Virus record (IMG/VR): IMGVR_UViG_2706796186_000001
Location: 64,001-128,000 of that record
Direction: 5' to 3' (one strand)
Length of the DNA stretch: 64,000 bases
From: a virus
Lineage: Duplodnaviria; Caudoviricetes
The position numbers and the translations under genes are program-made. Below the pieces are notes generated by a model that saw only the letters and a program-made list of their open reading frames with translations, was not told the origin of the DNA and made no database searches. Below are positions 54,291 to 64,000 of this stretch, piece after piece. Position 1 is the stretch's first letter, and each line of letters begins with the position of its first letter.

Positions 54291-55133
54291 GTGTCTATCT
54301 ACAAGAAACCCTCACGCGAGATGTTGTTAGATGCCATCAACCGCCAGAACAACCTGACGGCAAAACCCCTGACATGGAACCAAATCGCTTCGGGTTATCC
54401 TGAAGAGGTGTTGACTCCTGGGGCTGATCGCAATACCCGTGTGCTGTTATACGGTCTGAACGGTCAGGGCTATAAAGGGAACGTCACGATTGAGTACGAC
54501 CGTATTCTCATGTCGATTTTGTTCCGCAATGTGATCCCAGTGGTGATTACCAATCCGGTCGATAAAGTTTCCCAACTGTTGCCTGCCATAAACGAGAAGT
54601 ACGGCCTGTCACTGGTTGCTAGCGACATTGAAGACTTCTCCGTGAAAGACATGGGTGAGAATTGGATTGCAGACGTCAACATTAAACCGGCCTGTCTGGC
54701 TTGGAAGGGTACGTTCAAACTGCGTTACGCGAAGTTCTTCCCGAACCTTGCCGATGCGGTCATGGACCAAGCCCTGTTGGCGATTATCCCACCGTTTACT
54801 GTCGCTGCGAAACCGCAAGCGGAATACGTGGCGTACGGATACGACTGGACGAACATGCTGCAACAGTTCGGAACCGATTGGGCGTACAACCGTGCGCTAA
54901 CTGCTGATGATGTGGATTTGCTCAACGAGGTCGTGCCATTGAAATTTGGCTACGTCACCGGAGCCACTGCACAAACCGGGCAGATTGCGTTACAGGGTGC
55001 GCGCTTTATGGGAACGGCTGCCGTTACACCGGGTGACCAGTATGACGACTCGTTCCAGCGTGTGGCGGTTATCAAGCTAGCGGCAGACAGCAACTACGCG
55101 GGTAATCTCATCCTTCACTATCTGCCGATATAA
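54291..55133 (+). CDS. Virion structural paralog 2 (A-B)
   Basis: IYKKPS...DAIN..N, RNT, GQGYKG, YDR, YGL.L...D and LILHY. Confidence 0.8.
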   Translation: MSIYKKPSREMLLDAINRQNNLTAKPLTWNQIASGYPEEVLTPGADRNTRVLLYGLNGQGYKGNVTIEYDRILMSILFRNVIPVVITNPVDKVSQLLPAINEKYGLSLVASDIEDFSVKDMGENWIADVNIKPACLAWKGTFKLRYAKFFPNLADAVMDQALLAIIPPFTVAAKPQAEYVAYGYDWTNMLQQFGTDWAYNRALTADDVDLLNEVVPLKFGYVTGATAQTGQIALQGARFMGTAAVTPGDQYDDSFQRVAVIKLAADSNYAGNLILHYLPI

Positions 55134-55141
55134 GGATTCCC

Positions 55142-55987
55142 ATGCCACTTTTAGCTACCGCAGAAGAAGTTATTCTGAAAGCGTTGAATACCGAAAACAG
55201 TCTCGACCTTAAAGTCGCAGAGGTGGTCTTCGGTACACCGGCCATTCCTACAGAACCGGACGATGTCACCAAAGCCCAGGGCTTAAACAGCATGGTGCGT
55301 ATCCAAGCATTGGCGACTGCTAATGCCATTGGAGCCACCACCGTGTACTACGACCGGGTCGACTTTGCCGACATGTTTACCGGCGTGGACGGTATCCAGC
55401 CGATGCGCATTCCCGCGCGTTTAGATGCTGTCTTTACCGCACACCAAATCGTGGGGTTGATTAACCAATACTACGGTTTGAGTCTACGGGCGAATGATAT
55501 TGTTGATACGGACATCGACCGCAAAACCTGGATGATGGATTTGATTGCAACACCAACCTCCTTAGGGTGGATTGGACAGCAGCAGATTCAGCTGTTACCA
55601 GGTGATGCCCTCCTGCCGATCAACTTTGAACCGGTGACGGTGATGCCGTACGAGTACCCGTACTTCAATACGAAGGTCGGGCAATCCGCAGTGTATTCGT
55701 ATCCATGGCGTTTTGACAATTATGCAGCAGAGTTCCAGAACGCTGGGTTGTATATCACCCCTGAGCGTCTGGCGCAGATTCTGAAGACAGTCACCGGCGA
55801 CGGGTGGATGGTGTACCGTAACCCGGTTAACTACAACCTGAAAGAAGCCATCGTGGTGTATAACGGCCCGAACAAAGCATCGTTCCCGACCAACCCCTCG
55901 ATTGACAATGTTCTGGTAGTCGAGCTGTCACTGTACAGTCTTAACCTTGGTGGACGTTTGTACCTCCACTACAACGATCCTGATTAA
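55142..55987 (+). CDS. Virion structural paralog 3 (A-B)
   Basis: YYDRVD, IN.YYGL.L...D, GQSAVYSY and LYLHYN. Confidence 0.8.
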   Translation: MPLLATAEEVILKALNTENSLDLKVAEVVFGTPAIPTEPDDVTKAQGLNSMVRIQALATANAIGATTVYYDRVDFADMFTGVDGIQPMRIPARLDAVFTAHQIVGLINQYYGLSLRANDIVDTDIDRKTWMMDLIATPTSLGWIGQQQIQLLPGDALLPINFEPVTVMPYEYPYFNTKVGQSAVYSYPWRFDNYAAEFQNAGLYITPERLAQILKTVTGDGWMVYRNPVNYNLKEAIVVYNGPNKASFPTNPSIDNVLVVELSLYSLNLGGRLYLHYNDPD

Positions 55988-56007
55988 TCCTGAGTAAGGG
56001 AAGTTAA

Positions 56008-56919
56008 ATGAAACCTTTAAACAAAACGTCTGACCTGCTGGTTCTGGACTTCATCAACGAAAAGAACCCAGGTGCCGACCTCGAGTTGGGCAAAGTCAAA
56101 CTGGGTACGCCGGTTCCGATTACCGAAGAAGACGCCGACCGTAACACCTCGCTGGAACTGACCGCACGTAAGAACTCCGGTTACATCGGCAAACAAGGCG
56201 TTACCTACGACCGTTTGGAAGGTGTGTCGCTGTTCCGTAACGTCACTGCGTATCTGGACGTTAAGCTGCCGAAAACCACCACCGATCTGCTGCCGACCCT
56301 GAACGCGCAGTATGGCCTGAAAATCACCGAAGACGATATCGTCCCGGCGGCGATTGCAGACAACACCAACCCACCGTTGACTGACCCGGAAGCGCCAGAC
56401 CCAGCTCCGGTTGATCATGACATCGTCTTCAAAGACGACTGCTATGCGTACCTTGGTAAAATTGCGGTGAAAATTGGGCCACGTCCACAGGTGGGTGAGC
56501 GTTTGAGCTTGGTCGTTACCCAGACCAAACTTGATGGCTTGGTGTACCCGGATGGCCCGTCTGATGATAAAGGTCAGGCGTACATCTACTCCTACGGCGT
56601 CGACGCCTCGGCAATTGCACCGTTCTTGGATGTGCAGGCAACTGGCGTTATGGCCAACGATACCGCGTTTGCGGTTGAGCTGAACAAAGTGGTGCCTGAG
56701 CTGTGGGTTGCGGACGATGCTGTCCACGACTACAACCTGAAAGGCGCGAACGTGCTGTACGTGGGTCTGACTGCGGATGACGGTACTGCAACCGGTACCG
56801 ATCCGAAGAAACCGGTAGAAGGTGCGAACCTGTCCTACAACAAAGTGATGTTGCTGGAGCTGGACGACACCAAGTGCTCTAACTTCACCGGTATCATGTT
56901 CCTGCACTTCAATGCCTAA
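56008..56919 (+). CDS. Virion structural paralog 4 (A-B)
   Basis: RNT, YDRL, LLP.LNAQYGL, LDGLVYP, GQAYIYSY and FLHFN. Confidence 0.8.
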   Translation: MKPLNKTSDLLVLDFINEKNPGADLELGKVKLGTPVPITEEDADRNTSLELTARKNSGYIGKQGVTYDRLEGVSLFRNVTAYLDVKLPKTTTDLLPTLNAQYGLKITEDDIVPAAIADNTNPPLTDPEAPDPAPVDHDIVFKDDCYAYLGKIAVKIGPRPQVGERLSLVVTQTKLDGLVYPDGPSDDKGQAYIYSYGVDASAIAPFLDVQATGVMANDTAFAVELNKVVPELWVADDAVHDYNLKGANVLYVGLTADDGTATGTDPKKPVEGANLSYNKVMLLELDDTKCSNFTGIMFLHFNA

Positions 56920-56927
56920 GTAGGTCT

Positions 56928-56972
56928 CGCTGGGAGGGGGAAATCCTCCTCCTGGCGTTCTCCTTTCTTTTT
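56928..56972 (+). terminator. Intrinsic terminator within the paralog array
   Basis: CGCTGGGAGGGGGA-aa-TCCTCCTCCTGGCG imperfect stem plus pyrimidine/T-run. Confidence 0.6.
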
Positions 56973-56990
56973 TAGGCCGAGGAGGCTAGC

Positions 56991-57830
56991 ATGGCTTTAT
57001 ACAGTCTGTCTCAGCGACAGTTCCTGTACGATGCGATTAACGCGGAGAACCCAGGGGCCATTGAGCCGATGGGGCTGAACAACGCCGACATTGGCGTACC
57101 GAAAGCCATTCCCGCGACCCCCAGTGGAGCCAACACCGAGATTACCGTTCGTGGGCGTCAAGGGCGTGGTTACGTGGGCGTACAGACCTTCCGTTACAAA
57201 CGTCTGTCCCTGAATGATTTGTTCAAGAACATGACGCCACAGGTGACTTCTCCGAATGCGTACGGGTGGCTCAACGTATTGTCGAAGAAGACCGCGTTTG
57301 TGCAAAACATCAACGGCCGTTATGGCATGAATTTGGTGCCGGACGATATCCCGGATGTGTACGTTTACCTGAACGTGAATAACACAGTGTCAGTGAAAGC
57401 GAGCTGTATTCAATATATCGGCTCCATTACCTTCCTGTCTATCCGGGGCAAGAACAACTTGGAAGAACTGGTGGTGAACGATATTCTGAACGAACTGTCA
57501 CACCCAGTCCCGCCGAAAGACGGGAAGAAATCCATGGCGCTGTTGACTTACGGTCAGGACTTTACTGACGAAGTCCAAGTCATGAACTCGTTTAAGAACG
57601 GGCGTCTGGATGTGGGCAGTAACTTTGATAGCGGCTACACCACCAACTTGATGGCAACCTTGGTTGCGCGCGGACTACCAAGCTTTGACCCGACCGGGGT
57701 AAATGTGACCCGTTCGAAGACCACAGCCGTGACGGGTGCGAACACAGCGTACGATAACGTGCTGGTATTGAGTGATATTACCCTCGATGCCAACGTCGCT
57801 GGCAGCTGCATGCTTCACTACAACGATTAG
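56991..57830 (+). CDS. Virion structural paralog 5 (A-B)
   Basis: DAINAEN, GRGYVG, Y.RL.L.DLF, LLTYG.DFT and MLHYN. Confidence 0.8.
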   Translation: MALYSLSQRQFLYDAINAENPGAIEPMGLNNADIGVPKAIPATPSGANTEITVRGRQGRGYVGVQTFRYKRLSLNDLFKNMTPQVTSPNAYGWLNVLSKKTAFVQNINGRYGMNLVPDDIPDVYVYLNVNNTVSVKASCIQYIGSITFLSIRGKNNLEELVVNDILNELSHPVPPKDGKKSMALLTYGQDFTDEVQVMNSFKNGRLDVGSNFDSGYTTNLMATLVARGLPSFDPTGVNVTRSKTTAVTGANTAYDNVLVLSDITLDANVAGSCMLHYND

Positions 57831-57840
57831 GAAATAACTA

Positions 57841-58728
57841 ATGGCTATTTATCAACCTTCGAAAGACGTCCTGTTGGCGGCAGTGAACAGCCAGAACTCG
57901 CTGAGCGTTAAGATGACCGACATCGTGTGGTCTGCACCGAAGGACATCCGTGGGACCGACAAGGAAACCACCACCCAGCGTAACACGATGGTGAAAATCA
58001 CCGCTGACGGTGTGGTAGGCTCTACTTGGTCGGGAAAGAAAAACCTGTACTACAACCGCATGAAAGTGCAAGACCTCGCCATCATCCTGGGTGATACCCT
58101 AGCGATTGGTCCGTCTAACTCGACACTGCATGCTGCTTTGGTGGGTCTGAATCAGCGCTACGGTTTTGCGCTGGAAAACACCGACTGGTTAGAAGCCGAC
58201 ATCGAATGGAACGGCGATAAAACCGCCGGTACCGTGAAAGTGACCGCTGACCCAGACTCCCTAGGCTGGATTGGCACCTACACCTTCAAAGTAGTGAAAG
58301 GTGACGAGTCCTTGGTGTCCTCTGTAACCACCAACGTCCTGACCGGTCTCAAATACCCGAACGGGCAGATGGGTTCCGAAACCGTCAGTGCGATTATCGC
58401 TCCGGTGTACTCGTACCCGTACAACTTCACCAAGTACCGCGACACCCTGTTGGCGTACACGCCTGGTGTCCTGTCTGGTCAACCACTGACCGACATGGTC
58501 AATCTGCTGAAAGACATCACCGGGACGGCGTGGGTAGCAACCACTGCGGCTTCTTACGGTCTGGCGGGTGCAGAAGTGCTGAGCGTGGGTCTCAACGATC
58601 CAGTTGCAATGCCAACCAACGCGAAGTACAAGTACGCCTTGGCCCTCAAACTGCCTGCGACCTGTACCACCATCGTCGGTACCCTGTACCTCCAGTTCAA
58701 CGACCTGGACGACCCAAGCGAGGTATAA
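57841..58728 (+). CDS. Virion structural paralog 6 (A-B)
   Basis: IYQPS, RNT, YYNR, LNQRYG, L.GL.YP, VYSY and LYLQFN. Confidence 0.8.
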   Translation: MAIYQPSKDVLLAAVNSQNSLSVKMTDIVWSAPKDIRGTDKETTTQRNTMVKITADGVVGSTWSGKKNLYYNRMKVQDLAIILGDTLAIGPSNSTLHAALVGLNQRYGFALENTDWLEADIEWNGDKTAGTVKVTADPDSLGWIGTYTFKVVKGDESLVSSVTTNVLTGLKYPNGQMGSETVSAIIAPVYSYPYNFTKYRDTLLAYTPGVLSGQPLTDMVNLLKDITGTAWVATTAASYGLAGAEVLSVGLNDPVAMPTNAKYKYALALKLPATCTTIVGTLYLQFNDLDDPSEV

Positions 58729-58731
58729 TGA

Positions 58732-59559
58732 ATGCTCAACTATGCTAAGCCGTCGAACGAACTGGTCTTTGACCTGATTAACCGCGACAACCCGAACCTG
58801 CCGTTCAAAGCCGATGCATCCAACTGTATCGTTGAGAAGGTGACACGGGTCTCGGTTAACGCCGCGTCCAACAACCGTAATACTTCTGCACGTCTGCGTG
58901 GCGTGCAGGGCACCGGCTTCCGTGATGCCATTACGGTGTATTACGACCGTGTTGATTTGGCACGTCTGTTGCCGTGGGGTACCACGGTGCAGGCTCAGTT
59001 CGTGACCTTTGATGCGCCTAACCTGCATTCGGCGTTTGCGGTGCTGCTCGATACCTACGGGGTAAACTTCTCGGCTATCGACATCACCAACTATGGCCTG
59101 AACGGGGTGAAGCAAGCGAACTACACCTCGACCACCACCATTAACGCCCTGACAAACTCCCCGGCCTACGTCGGGTCAGCTAACGTGCGTTACAGTCGTG
59201 GTCTGCCGGTACTCGACACCTCGATTACCAAAGAGGTGTTAGTGGCACTTCAGGAACCGGTTGACCCGGCGCTGAGTCAGAAGTGTATTGACATGCTGAC
59301 TTATGGTATCGATTTCACCGCGTACCGAAACCTGCTGACGGTCGACGCTTCTGGTCTGCCACAATGGGCGGGGCTGCGGAAGATTCTGGATGACCTCGGC
59401 GTGCCGAGTTATTCCGGTCCGTTGAACAGCAACACCGTGCAGGACGTGGCAACGTCAACGGCCCAATTCGCCAACAAAATCTATGACCGTGTGGTTATCC
59501 AAACGGGTATCGATGAAGCGGGTGTGAAGGGTGTGGCGTACTATCACTACAACAGCTAA
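58732..59559 (+). CDS. Virion structural paralog 7 (A-B)
   Basis: YAKPS...DLINRDNP, RNT, YYDRVDL, LTYGIDFT and YYHYN. Confidence 0.8.
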   Translation: MLNYAKPSNELVFDLINRDNPNLPFKADASNCIVEKVTRVSVNAASNNRNTSARLRGVQGTGFRDAITVYYDRVDLARLLPWGTTVQAQFVTFDAPNLHSAFAVLLDTYGVNFSAIDITNYGLNGVKQANYTSTTTINALTNSPAYVGSANVRYSRGLPVLDTSITKEVLVALQEPVDPALSQKCIDMLTYGIDFTAYRNLLTVDASGLPQWAGLRKILDDLGVPSYSGPLNSNTVQDVATSTAQFANKIYDRVVIQTGIDEAGVKGVAYYHYNS

Positions 59560-59563
59560 GTGT

Positions 59564-59589
59564 GGGGGTCCTTCGGGACCCCTTCTTCT
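59564..59589 (+). terminator. UUCG hairpin with weak U-tract
   Basis: GGGGTCC-TTCG-GGACCCC-TTCTTCT. Confidence 0.55.
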
Positions 59590-59606
59590 GGCGATGCGGA
59601 GTCCCT

Positions 59607-60980
59607 ATGCTTTTTTATTCTAAGGAGGCAGCGCTGCTCGTGTATGACCAAGTCAATCGGGATAATCCTGACTTGGTAGTAGAGTTGACGCCAGCTATCG
59701 CCGCCTTAACCAGTGGCCCGACAGTAGTATCGTCAAACGGCCGCAACACGAAAGCTGTCTTTACCGGATTTCCGGGTTCGGGGTTGCAAGGTAACGTAAC
59801 CCTTTTTTACGACCGCATTAACCTGTCGACTTTATTTAACTTTGTACCGAAAGTCTACATGCCGGATACCGTGCGCAATTATCGTGACGCGTTACCGGTT
59901 ATCAATGAAGCTTTAGGGTTGTCGTTGACCGCGAACGACATTACCACACCCGATGCGCTACTGACACAATCGTCAGCCGCACCCCAGTCAGGCAAAATCA
60001 CAATCGTCGGTAACTGTCCGGCCTTTACCGGTGCCATCAGCTTTACGTATATGCTGGAAGGGGCAGGCTTTTATCCTGACTCAGGCCCTGGACCGAAAAC
60101 CTTATTACAAGGTGACAGCCTGCGTGGTTATTTCGGTGTGGTGGATTCCGCTGAACTCTTTACCCACAAGGCGATTATCGACGCCGTGTTCTTAAAAGGA
60201 ACGAAGCCGGTGTTGAGTCCCGGTACCGAAGGGTGGCACAAGTTCTTCTATCAAGGACGGGTGCTGTACTTCCCGGTGAGCGCTATCGGCTACACTATTG
60301 CTTGGCAGACGTTGTACGGCGAAGGATTGGTCTATGGCGTAGATGGCCCTGGCCCCTATCCGTCGGGCACGCCGGTTGACCAAGGTCGCATTATTGCTGC
60401 CGACTCCGTCAGCGAAGGCCGCTTCTATTACCGCTGTCGTTTACCGTCGCTGGGCAAAGACCCGGTGTCGGCGACCAACCTGCTACCGGCAACGGAATAC
60501 GCGGGCAGTGAACTAGAGATGTTCAATTATCTCTATAACGGAAAGTGGGCAGCATTGCGGGGCGCTGCATGGACGGTGTACATCATGACGCAGGCCAGTG
60601 TCGTGGGGACGTTAACCAACCACAAGGTTATTACCGGTTCTCTTGCCGCTTCAACCAACATACCGAAAACCATGGCGAGCACGAGTTACACCTGGTTCCC
60701 GGTGCTGGAGTTGGTTGACAAAAACGGCACGACCTTAGGACTGGAAGAGATCAAGGGTAACGTTGATCATACGCTCTACCCGATTCTTTTCGATACCACT
60801 AACACGATGGAACTCCATCCGGTGGTGTTAGGTAATCCACGTACCGTTGAATTTGCCCCGGTGCTGTTCTCTGCGGATAACAGTATGGCGTTGCATCCGG
60901 TGACGTTAGGCTTACCGAAGACCGTAGACTTCACCCCCATCACCTTTACGGCTGAGCTATATACCCCGCCGGAAAGTTAA
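59607..60980 (+). CDS. Virion structural paralog 8 (A-C plus repeat tail), putative tail fibre component
   Basis: GGAG SD before ATG 59607; module A, then SGPGPKTLLQGD...GYFG and WHKF. Confidence 0.8.
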   Translation: MLFYSKEAALLVYDQVNRDNPDLVVELTPAIAALTSGPTVVSSNGRNTKAVFTGFPGSGLQGNVTLFYDRINLSTLFNFVPKVYMPDTVRNYRDALPVINEALGLSLTANDITTPDALLTQSSAAPQSGKITIVGNCPAFTGAISFTYMLEGAGFYPDSGPGPKTLLQGDSLRGYFGVVDSAELFTHKAIIDAVFLKGTKPVLSPGTEGWHKFFYQGRVLYFPVSAIGYTIAWQTLYGEGLVYGVDGPGPYPSGTPVDQGRIIAADSVSEGRFYYRCRLPSLGKDPVSATNLLPATEYAGSELEMFNYLYNGKWAALRGAAWTVYIMTQASVVGTLTNHKVITGSLAASTNIPKTMASTSYTWFPVLELVDKNGTTLGLEEIKGNVDHTLYPILFDTTNTMELHPVVLGNPRTVEFAPVLFSADNSMALHPVTLGLPKTVDFTPITFTAELYTPPES

Positions 60981-60992
60981 GAGGTAGTTATC

Positions 60993-61988
60993 ATGTCATT
61001 TACATTGCGTTGGAAGAACCCAAACGTAATTGCCACGGTGGTGAACATCTATCGTGACGTCAAAGATATTTCTGTTAGTGCACTACCTGCTCCGATTGCG
61101 ACGTTGTCGAACGGAGAAACCGAATGGCGTGATACCACCGCCGTGGGTGGGTCGACCTACTACTATTTGCTGACTGTGACCGCGAACGGTAAGACCGTGG
61201 CGACAGCGAGCCAGAAATACGTGGTGGAGGTCAAGCGCGGGATTGGTCCGATGACCATTATCCAGGGCGATGACCGTCTCGGTTTTATGGGCAATGTACC
61301 GTACGATGAGCAGTGGCAGCCTACTCAGATGCCTGCGAGCTTTCAGGCAATGTACCCGACGCTACTGACTGATCGTGTCAGCCTGAGTAAGTTTACCCGC
61401 AACGGTAAAATCCTGTACCTGCTCAATAGCAGCGCACAGTTCCTCGGACAGCAGTCGTGGGCGACGTTGTATCAGGCAGGGTTGGTGTACGGGACGGATG
61501 ACTTTGGGCCAGTTGGTGGCCACGGGACGTTACCCGATACCTTGCAGGATGCAAAGATTTATCACAATGGTGATGTGTATCGGATGCGTCTTGCGCGTGG
61601 ACTTACCGAAGAAGGCCAGTCACCAGCGTTTGCGTTTGACAGCAGCCTACATTTGAAAGACCACGATGCGGTCTCTGCGCTTACCGGATTTAACGAATAC
61701 AACGACCTGCTGTACAGCATGGTGGTGGATGTCCCGGTCAAACAGCGCTGGGCGAACTGGAACCAGCTTGGGTCGAATCTGTTAGGTGCGGGCAGTGTTG
61801 CCAGTAACTCGGTACTGATTAACGGTGGGGTACTTTGCCAAGAACACGACACGGCGACAGACAAGATTCTGCAACGTGGGTTGTTCTTGGCCACGACCCT
61901 GACGGCCACGTCGGCTATTCAACGTATTAACTACACCACCCCTGCTCAGCTAGGGCGTTACTTCCCTATCTTTGAGCTGGTTGAGTAA
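60993..61988 (+). CDS. Virion structural paralog 9 (FN3/Ig-like D plus C)
   Basis: LRW......VNIYR...W.D......YYY; G.GP.T..QGD...GF.G; ends FPIFELVE. Confidence 0.8.
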   Translation: MSFTLRWKNPNVIATVVNIYRDVKDISVSALPAPIATLSNGETEWRDTTAVGGSTYYYLLTVTANGKTVATASQKYVVEVKRGIGPMTIIQGDDRLGFMGNVPYDEQWQPTQMPASFQAMYPTLLTDRVSLSKFTRNGKILYLLNSSAQFLGQQSWATLYQAGLVYGTDDFGPVGGHGTLPDTLQDAKIYHNGDVYRMRLARGLTEEGQSPAFAFDSSLHLKDHDAVSALTGFNEYNDLLYSMVVDVPVKQRWANWNQLGSNLLGAGSVASNSVLINGGVLCQEHDTATDKILQRGLFLATTLTATSAIQRINYTTPAQLGRYFPIFELVE

Positions 61989-61997
61989 GGAACGGTC

Positions 61998-62927
61998 ATG
62001 ACTATTCGTTTAAACTGGCCGTCACAAGCGGCCAAAGGTCTCACCGCCATTGAGATTTACCGCAAGGTCGGTTGGAATGCCACGCTGGATGTTAACAATC
62101 CGGGGACTCCACACGCCACGCTTGCAGGGGACGCTACCCAGTTTGTCGATGACGTGGCAACCCTGACCAACAACACGACCTACCGTTATTGGGTGGCGGC
62201 AGTGAAAGGTACCGAACGCCTGATTGGTAATCCGATTACACAAGGCTTCTTCCTCGACACCGGACCGGGCCCACAGACGTTGAAGAGAGGCGATTGGGGT
62301 TGCGGGTATTTCGGCACCCTCACCAAAGAAGAGTTCTTCAACACCCCCGAGCTGAAAGTTCTGTTACCTGCTGGTCAAGCGGCACTGTTTGTTTACGACC
62401 CGCCGCTGTGGCACAAGTTTATTTTCCGGGGCCGTATTCTGTTCTTCCCGAACTACACCCACAGTAGCACCGCCTCGTTCGCCACCGCGTATTTGCGTGG
62501 GATGGCGTACGGCACGGATGATAACGGTCTGTATGTCCCCACTGGGCAAACTGCCACTAAACAGGACTGTAAAGTCACCAAGGACGGCCGTACTTACCGT
62601 ATCCGTTTACCGTGGGCGTTGCCTTACGATACCACCAACGGCGCGTCAGGGGATTACAATAACGGTGAATGGCGCAGTACCATGGCGCGGCTGTTTACGC
62701 GTGGCGCTAATGACCAGTCTCTTTTCGGACTTGGCATGTGGGATTCCCTGGCCAACTGGGGTACCAGTAACAGCATGTCCGACCCAGGTGCTACCGCAAT
62801 GGCACCGATGTACGGTAACGGTTATAACCTGTACTGTTACGGCTATAGCCCTGTCAATATCACTATTAACAGTAACCTCAGCTCACCGACCAGCATGCTT
62901 TTTGTGTTCGAGCTGATTTTACCGTAA
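61998..62927 (+). CDS. Virion structural paralog 10 (D-C)
   Basis: LNW.......IEIYR...F.D......Y.YWV; GPGPQTL.RGD...GYFG; WHKF. Confidence 0.8.
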   Translation: MTIRLNWPSQAAKGLTAIEIYRKVGWNATLDVNNPGTPHATLAGDATQFVDDVATLTNNTTYRYWVAAVKGTERLIGNPITQGFFLDTGPGPQTLKRGDWGCGYFGTLTKEEFFNTPELKVLLPAGQAALFVYDPPLWHKFIFRGRILFFPNYTHSSTASFATAYLRGMAYGTDDNGLYVPTGQTATKQDCKVTKDGRTYRIRLPWALPYDTTNGASGDYNNGEWRSTMARLFTRGANDQSLFGLGMWDSLANWGTSNSMSDPGATAMAPMYGNGYNLYCYGYSPVNITINSNLSSPTSMLFVFELILP

Positions 62928-62940
62928 CGGAGTATCCATC

Positions 62941-64000
62941 ATGGGTCTGTATAGCAAACCCGCACTCGATTTATTGGGGGCGCTCATTAACCGGGACAAT
63001 CCGGGAGTAAAGACTCAGCTGTCGTCGTCCAACATCCTTGTGCTGGGTGGACCATTCACGACCAGTCTGGGCAACAGTGGCCGCAATACCCGTATCCAAC
63101 TGAACGGGGTTGTGGGTTCTGGCGTCAACGGAAAGATGGAATTTTTCTACGATCGTCTGAACTTAGGGGATTTGTTCAAGAACATCACCATTGTCTTTAA
63201 CGGTGATAACAAGTCGACGAAACTCAAAGATCTGCTACCGGCGTTGAATGCCCAGTATGGGTTAAACTTGACGGCAGCAGATTTGGCTACGCCCGACACC
63301 GCTTTGGATTACGGGTACACCGCAACGCCCGTCACCTTTACCATGGCCGCAACGAGTCTGGCATACCGTGGCAGTTTGACGGCAACGTGGTCACGCAAAC
63401 CGGCCGGGGTCTATCCGAAGTCTGGGCCGGGTACAAAAACACTACTGATGGGGAGTCTGCAAGAAGGCTACTTTGGCGTGGTGTCGAAGGAAGAGATGAT
63501 GACATCCGGGGAGTTCTACGCGAACTTCTTTGATGGCAAAACGGTGAACGGGACAGGGGTGTTGGTTAACAACACGCTGTTCTGGTTGAAGTTTGCGCTG
63601 GACGGAAAGTTTGTCTTTGTCCCGAGCCACAACATGATTTCGAATATCAGCTGGGATACCTTGAACGCGTTTGGTGCGGCGAATGCCGATGCCAAATACC
63701 CGATGTTCGTGCAAAAAGACGACGACCAGTTCTTTTTCCAACTGCGATTACCACGATTCTCCACCACGTTTGAGCTTCCGCCGGATCGTACTGACCCTAC
63801 TTCGGATGCGAATCGTCTGTTCAACAAGGTGCATAAGCAGTCGTACGGTAACGGGGAGTGGGCCGCGTTGACCACCGTGGATATGGCAAACGCCTTTGTC
63901 TGGTGGAACAAGCGAAATGATACCACGGCACCGTTCCCCGTTTACGTCTCGGCGTTTAACCAAGTCTCGGTAAACAATGCCCCATCCGCCAGCCAACAAA
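62941..64000 (+). CDS. Virion structural paralog 11 (A-C), runs off the window end
   Basis: ATG 62941 MGLYSKPALDLLGALINRDNP, RNT, YDRL, LNAQYGL and SGPGTKTLLMG...GYFG; absent from the track because it has no stop in the window. Confidence 0.8.
   Translation, partial: MGLYSKPALDLLGALINRDNPGVKTQLSSSNILVLGGPFTTSLGNSGRNTRIQLNGVVGSGVNGKMEFFYDRLNLGDLFKNITIVFNGDNKSTKLKDLLPALNAQYGLNLTAADLATPDTALDYGYTATPVTFTMAATSLAYRGSLTATWSRKPAGVYPKSGPGTKTLLMGSLQEGYFGVVSKEEMMTSGEFYANFFDGKTVNGTGVLVNNTLFWLKFALDGKFVFVPSHNMISNISWDTLNAFGAANADAKYPMFVQKDDDQFFFQLRLPRFSTTFELPPDRTDPTSDANRLFNKVHKQSYGNGEWAALTTVDMANAFVWWNKRNDTTAPFPVYVSAFNQVSVNNAPSASQQ

Noticed and set aside
53487-64000. Diversity-generating retroelement or invertible tail-fibre switch
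   Set aside because: No reverse transcriptase, invertase, near-identical template/variable repeat pair or inverted repeats seen; paralogs are diverged at DNA level
1-64000. tRNA, rRNA, CRISPR, intron, intein, transposase, chimallin or PhuZ genes
   Set aside because: None recognised by eye; a tRNAscan, Infernal or HMM search would be needed to exclude divergent cases

Overview
This window is part of a phiKZ-related jumbo myophage genome (Chimalliviridae-like), closest in layout to the SPN3US / Erwinia jumbo phage group. This is judged from recalled motifs and gene order; no database search was run. (1) Conserved core, about 1-23 kb: virion genes, minus-strand DnaB-like helicase, major capsid protein with an ATE-130 maturation site, non-virion RNA polymerase beta N-terminal subunit, minus-strand portal, baseplate-type genes and a RuvC-like resolvase. 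(2) Accessory region, about 23-51 kb: short plus-strand genes including several GNAT proteins, a SLOG protein, thymidylate kinase, an HTH regulator, Dam, a proteasome-beta/HslV-like Thr protease with a possible degenerate partner, a 2OG-Fe(II) oxygenase, HslU with an enlarged I-domain, a probably inactive prohead-protease paralog, and a QueC-like PP-loop enzyme overlapping a DUF488-like Cys protein. (3) From 51.5 kb: an AmsF/tailspike-like gene and at least 11 tandem paralogous virion genes built from four shuffled modules. Non-coding DNA holds eight copies of a 21-bp promoter-like motif and many cUUCGg terminators, three of them identical. Three small unannotated ORFs were found behind the motif. 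No tRNA, rRNA, CRISPR array or transposase was recognised. Best candidates for an undescribed system: the protease island (38.1-43.5 kb), the overlapping PP-loop/DUF488 pair, and the terminator-promoter-stem-loop cassettes.
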